The notes under the pieces are model-generated. The model was not told where the DNA came from and made no database searches. It saw only the letters and a list, made by a program, of their open reading frames with translations. The position numbers were made by a program, and so were the translations under genes. A stretch of 64,000 nucleotides of DNA from an uncultured Clostridia bacterium (GTDB taxonomy: Bacteria > Bacillota > Clostridia > Christensenellales > UBA1242): positions 1,929-65,928 of the forward strand of contig CALWJY010000002.1 in the NCBI GenBank assembly GCA_944381135.1, in the 5' to 3' direction. Positions 63,754 through 64,000 of this stretch are shown piece by piece; within the stretch, counting starts at the first letter, position 1, and each line of letters starts with the position of its first letter.

Positions 63754-64000
63754 TTAAAATCCTGTCAGAATCATTGGGAAACCAGCAATCACTCCATTTT
63801 CAGTGGACGCAATCTGAACGTTGACTTTCTTTCCATCCACCAAAACACAATCTTGAACATATGGCGTATATCCAAGCGTTATTTCAATTCCATTTGAAGA
63901 ATAACTTTCAACAGTGTCTGCTTTCAATTTTTGCAAAATCTCCTCAACTGTGATTTCTGAAAAATAGAACTGAACCGCGTCAGAATTTTTCTCAAATTTT
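63754..64000 (-). CDS. hypothetical protein, partial (N-terminus beyond the window end)
   Basis: My translation shows the frame open up to base 63999 (KFEKNSDAVQFYFSEITVEEILQKLKADTVESY...GFPMILTGF stop). The track M at 63936 is an internal TTG. I recognise no family. Confidence 0.4.
   Translation of the reverse strand, partial: KFEKNSDAVQFYFSEITVEEILQKLKADTVESYSSNGIEITLGYTPYVQDCVLVDGKKVNVQIASTENGVIAGFPMILTGF

Overview
AT-rich chromosomal segment (intergenic DNA extremely AT-rich) from a Bacillota/Clostridia-like bacterium of an endospore-forming lineage. It uses the standard genetic code and almost every gene is on the minus strand. The housekeeping backbone is gatC-gatA-gatB (gatB runs off the left edge), rpoB-rpoC, hflX, a class II fba, uvrB and uvrA, acpP, spoIIID behind a sigma-E-type promoter, and a SpoIIQ-like M23 peptidase. 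Two paralogous giant lipoprotein genes sit inside this backbone: 3,529 codons at 11384-21973 and about 6,686 codons at 41563-61623. Together they cover about 48 percent of the window, and both are built from Ig-like arrays plus repeated GLUG/beta-helix-type modules. The smaller giant gene lies directly upstream of rpoB. It lies directly downstream of an orphan VirB3-VirB4-like fusion ATPase, and no other type IV secretion genes are in view. I rank this pairing as the best candidate for an undescribed export or assembly system. The larger giant gene is followed by a RadC/JAB paralogue, then a divergent pair of tail-anchored winged-helix paralogues, then a small beta-helix lipoprotein. That lipoprotein's sigma-A promoter carries a G9/C9 homopolymer exactly inside its 17-nt -35/-10 spacer, a candidate phase-variation switch. 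Upstream of the larger giant gene, perfect 19-bp inverted repeats flank a 242-bp promoter-bearing segment, a candidate inverton. Smaller observations are a GC-rich triple-hairpin element plus a 49-codon ORF between rpoB and rpoC, several apparently leaderless mRNAs driven by extended -10 promoters, a recurring CATATGTGCA motif, and long dyad-symmetric AT-rich spacers with phased A-tracts. No tRNA, rRNA, CRISPR array, transposase or integrase was seen.
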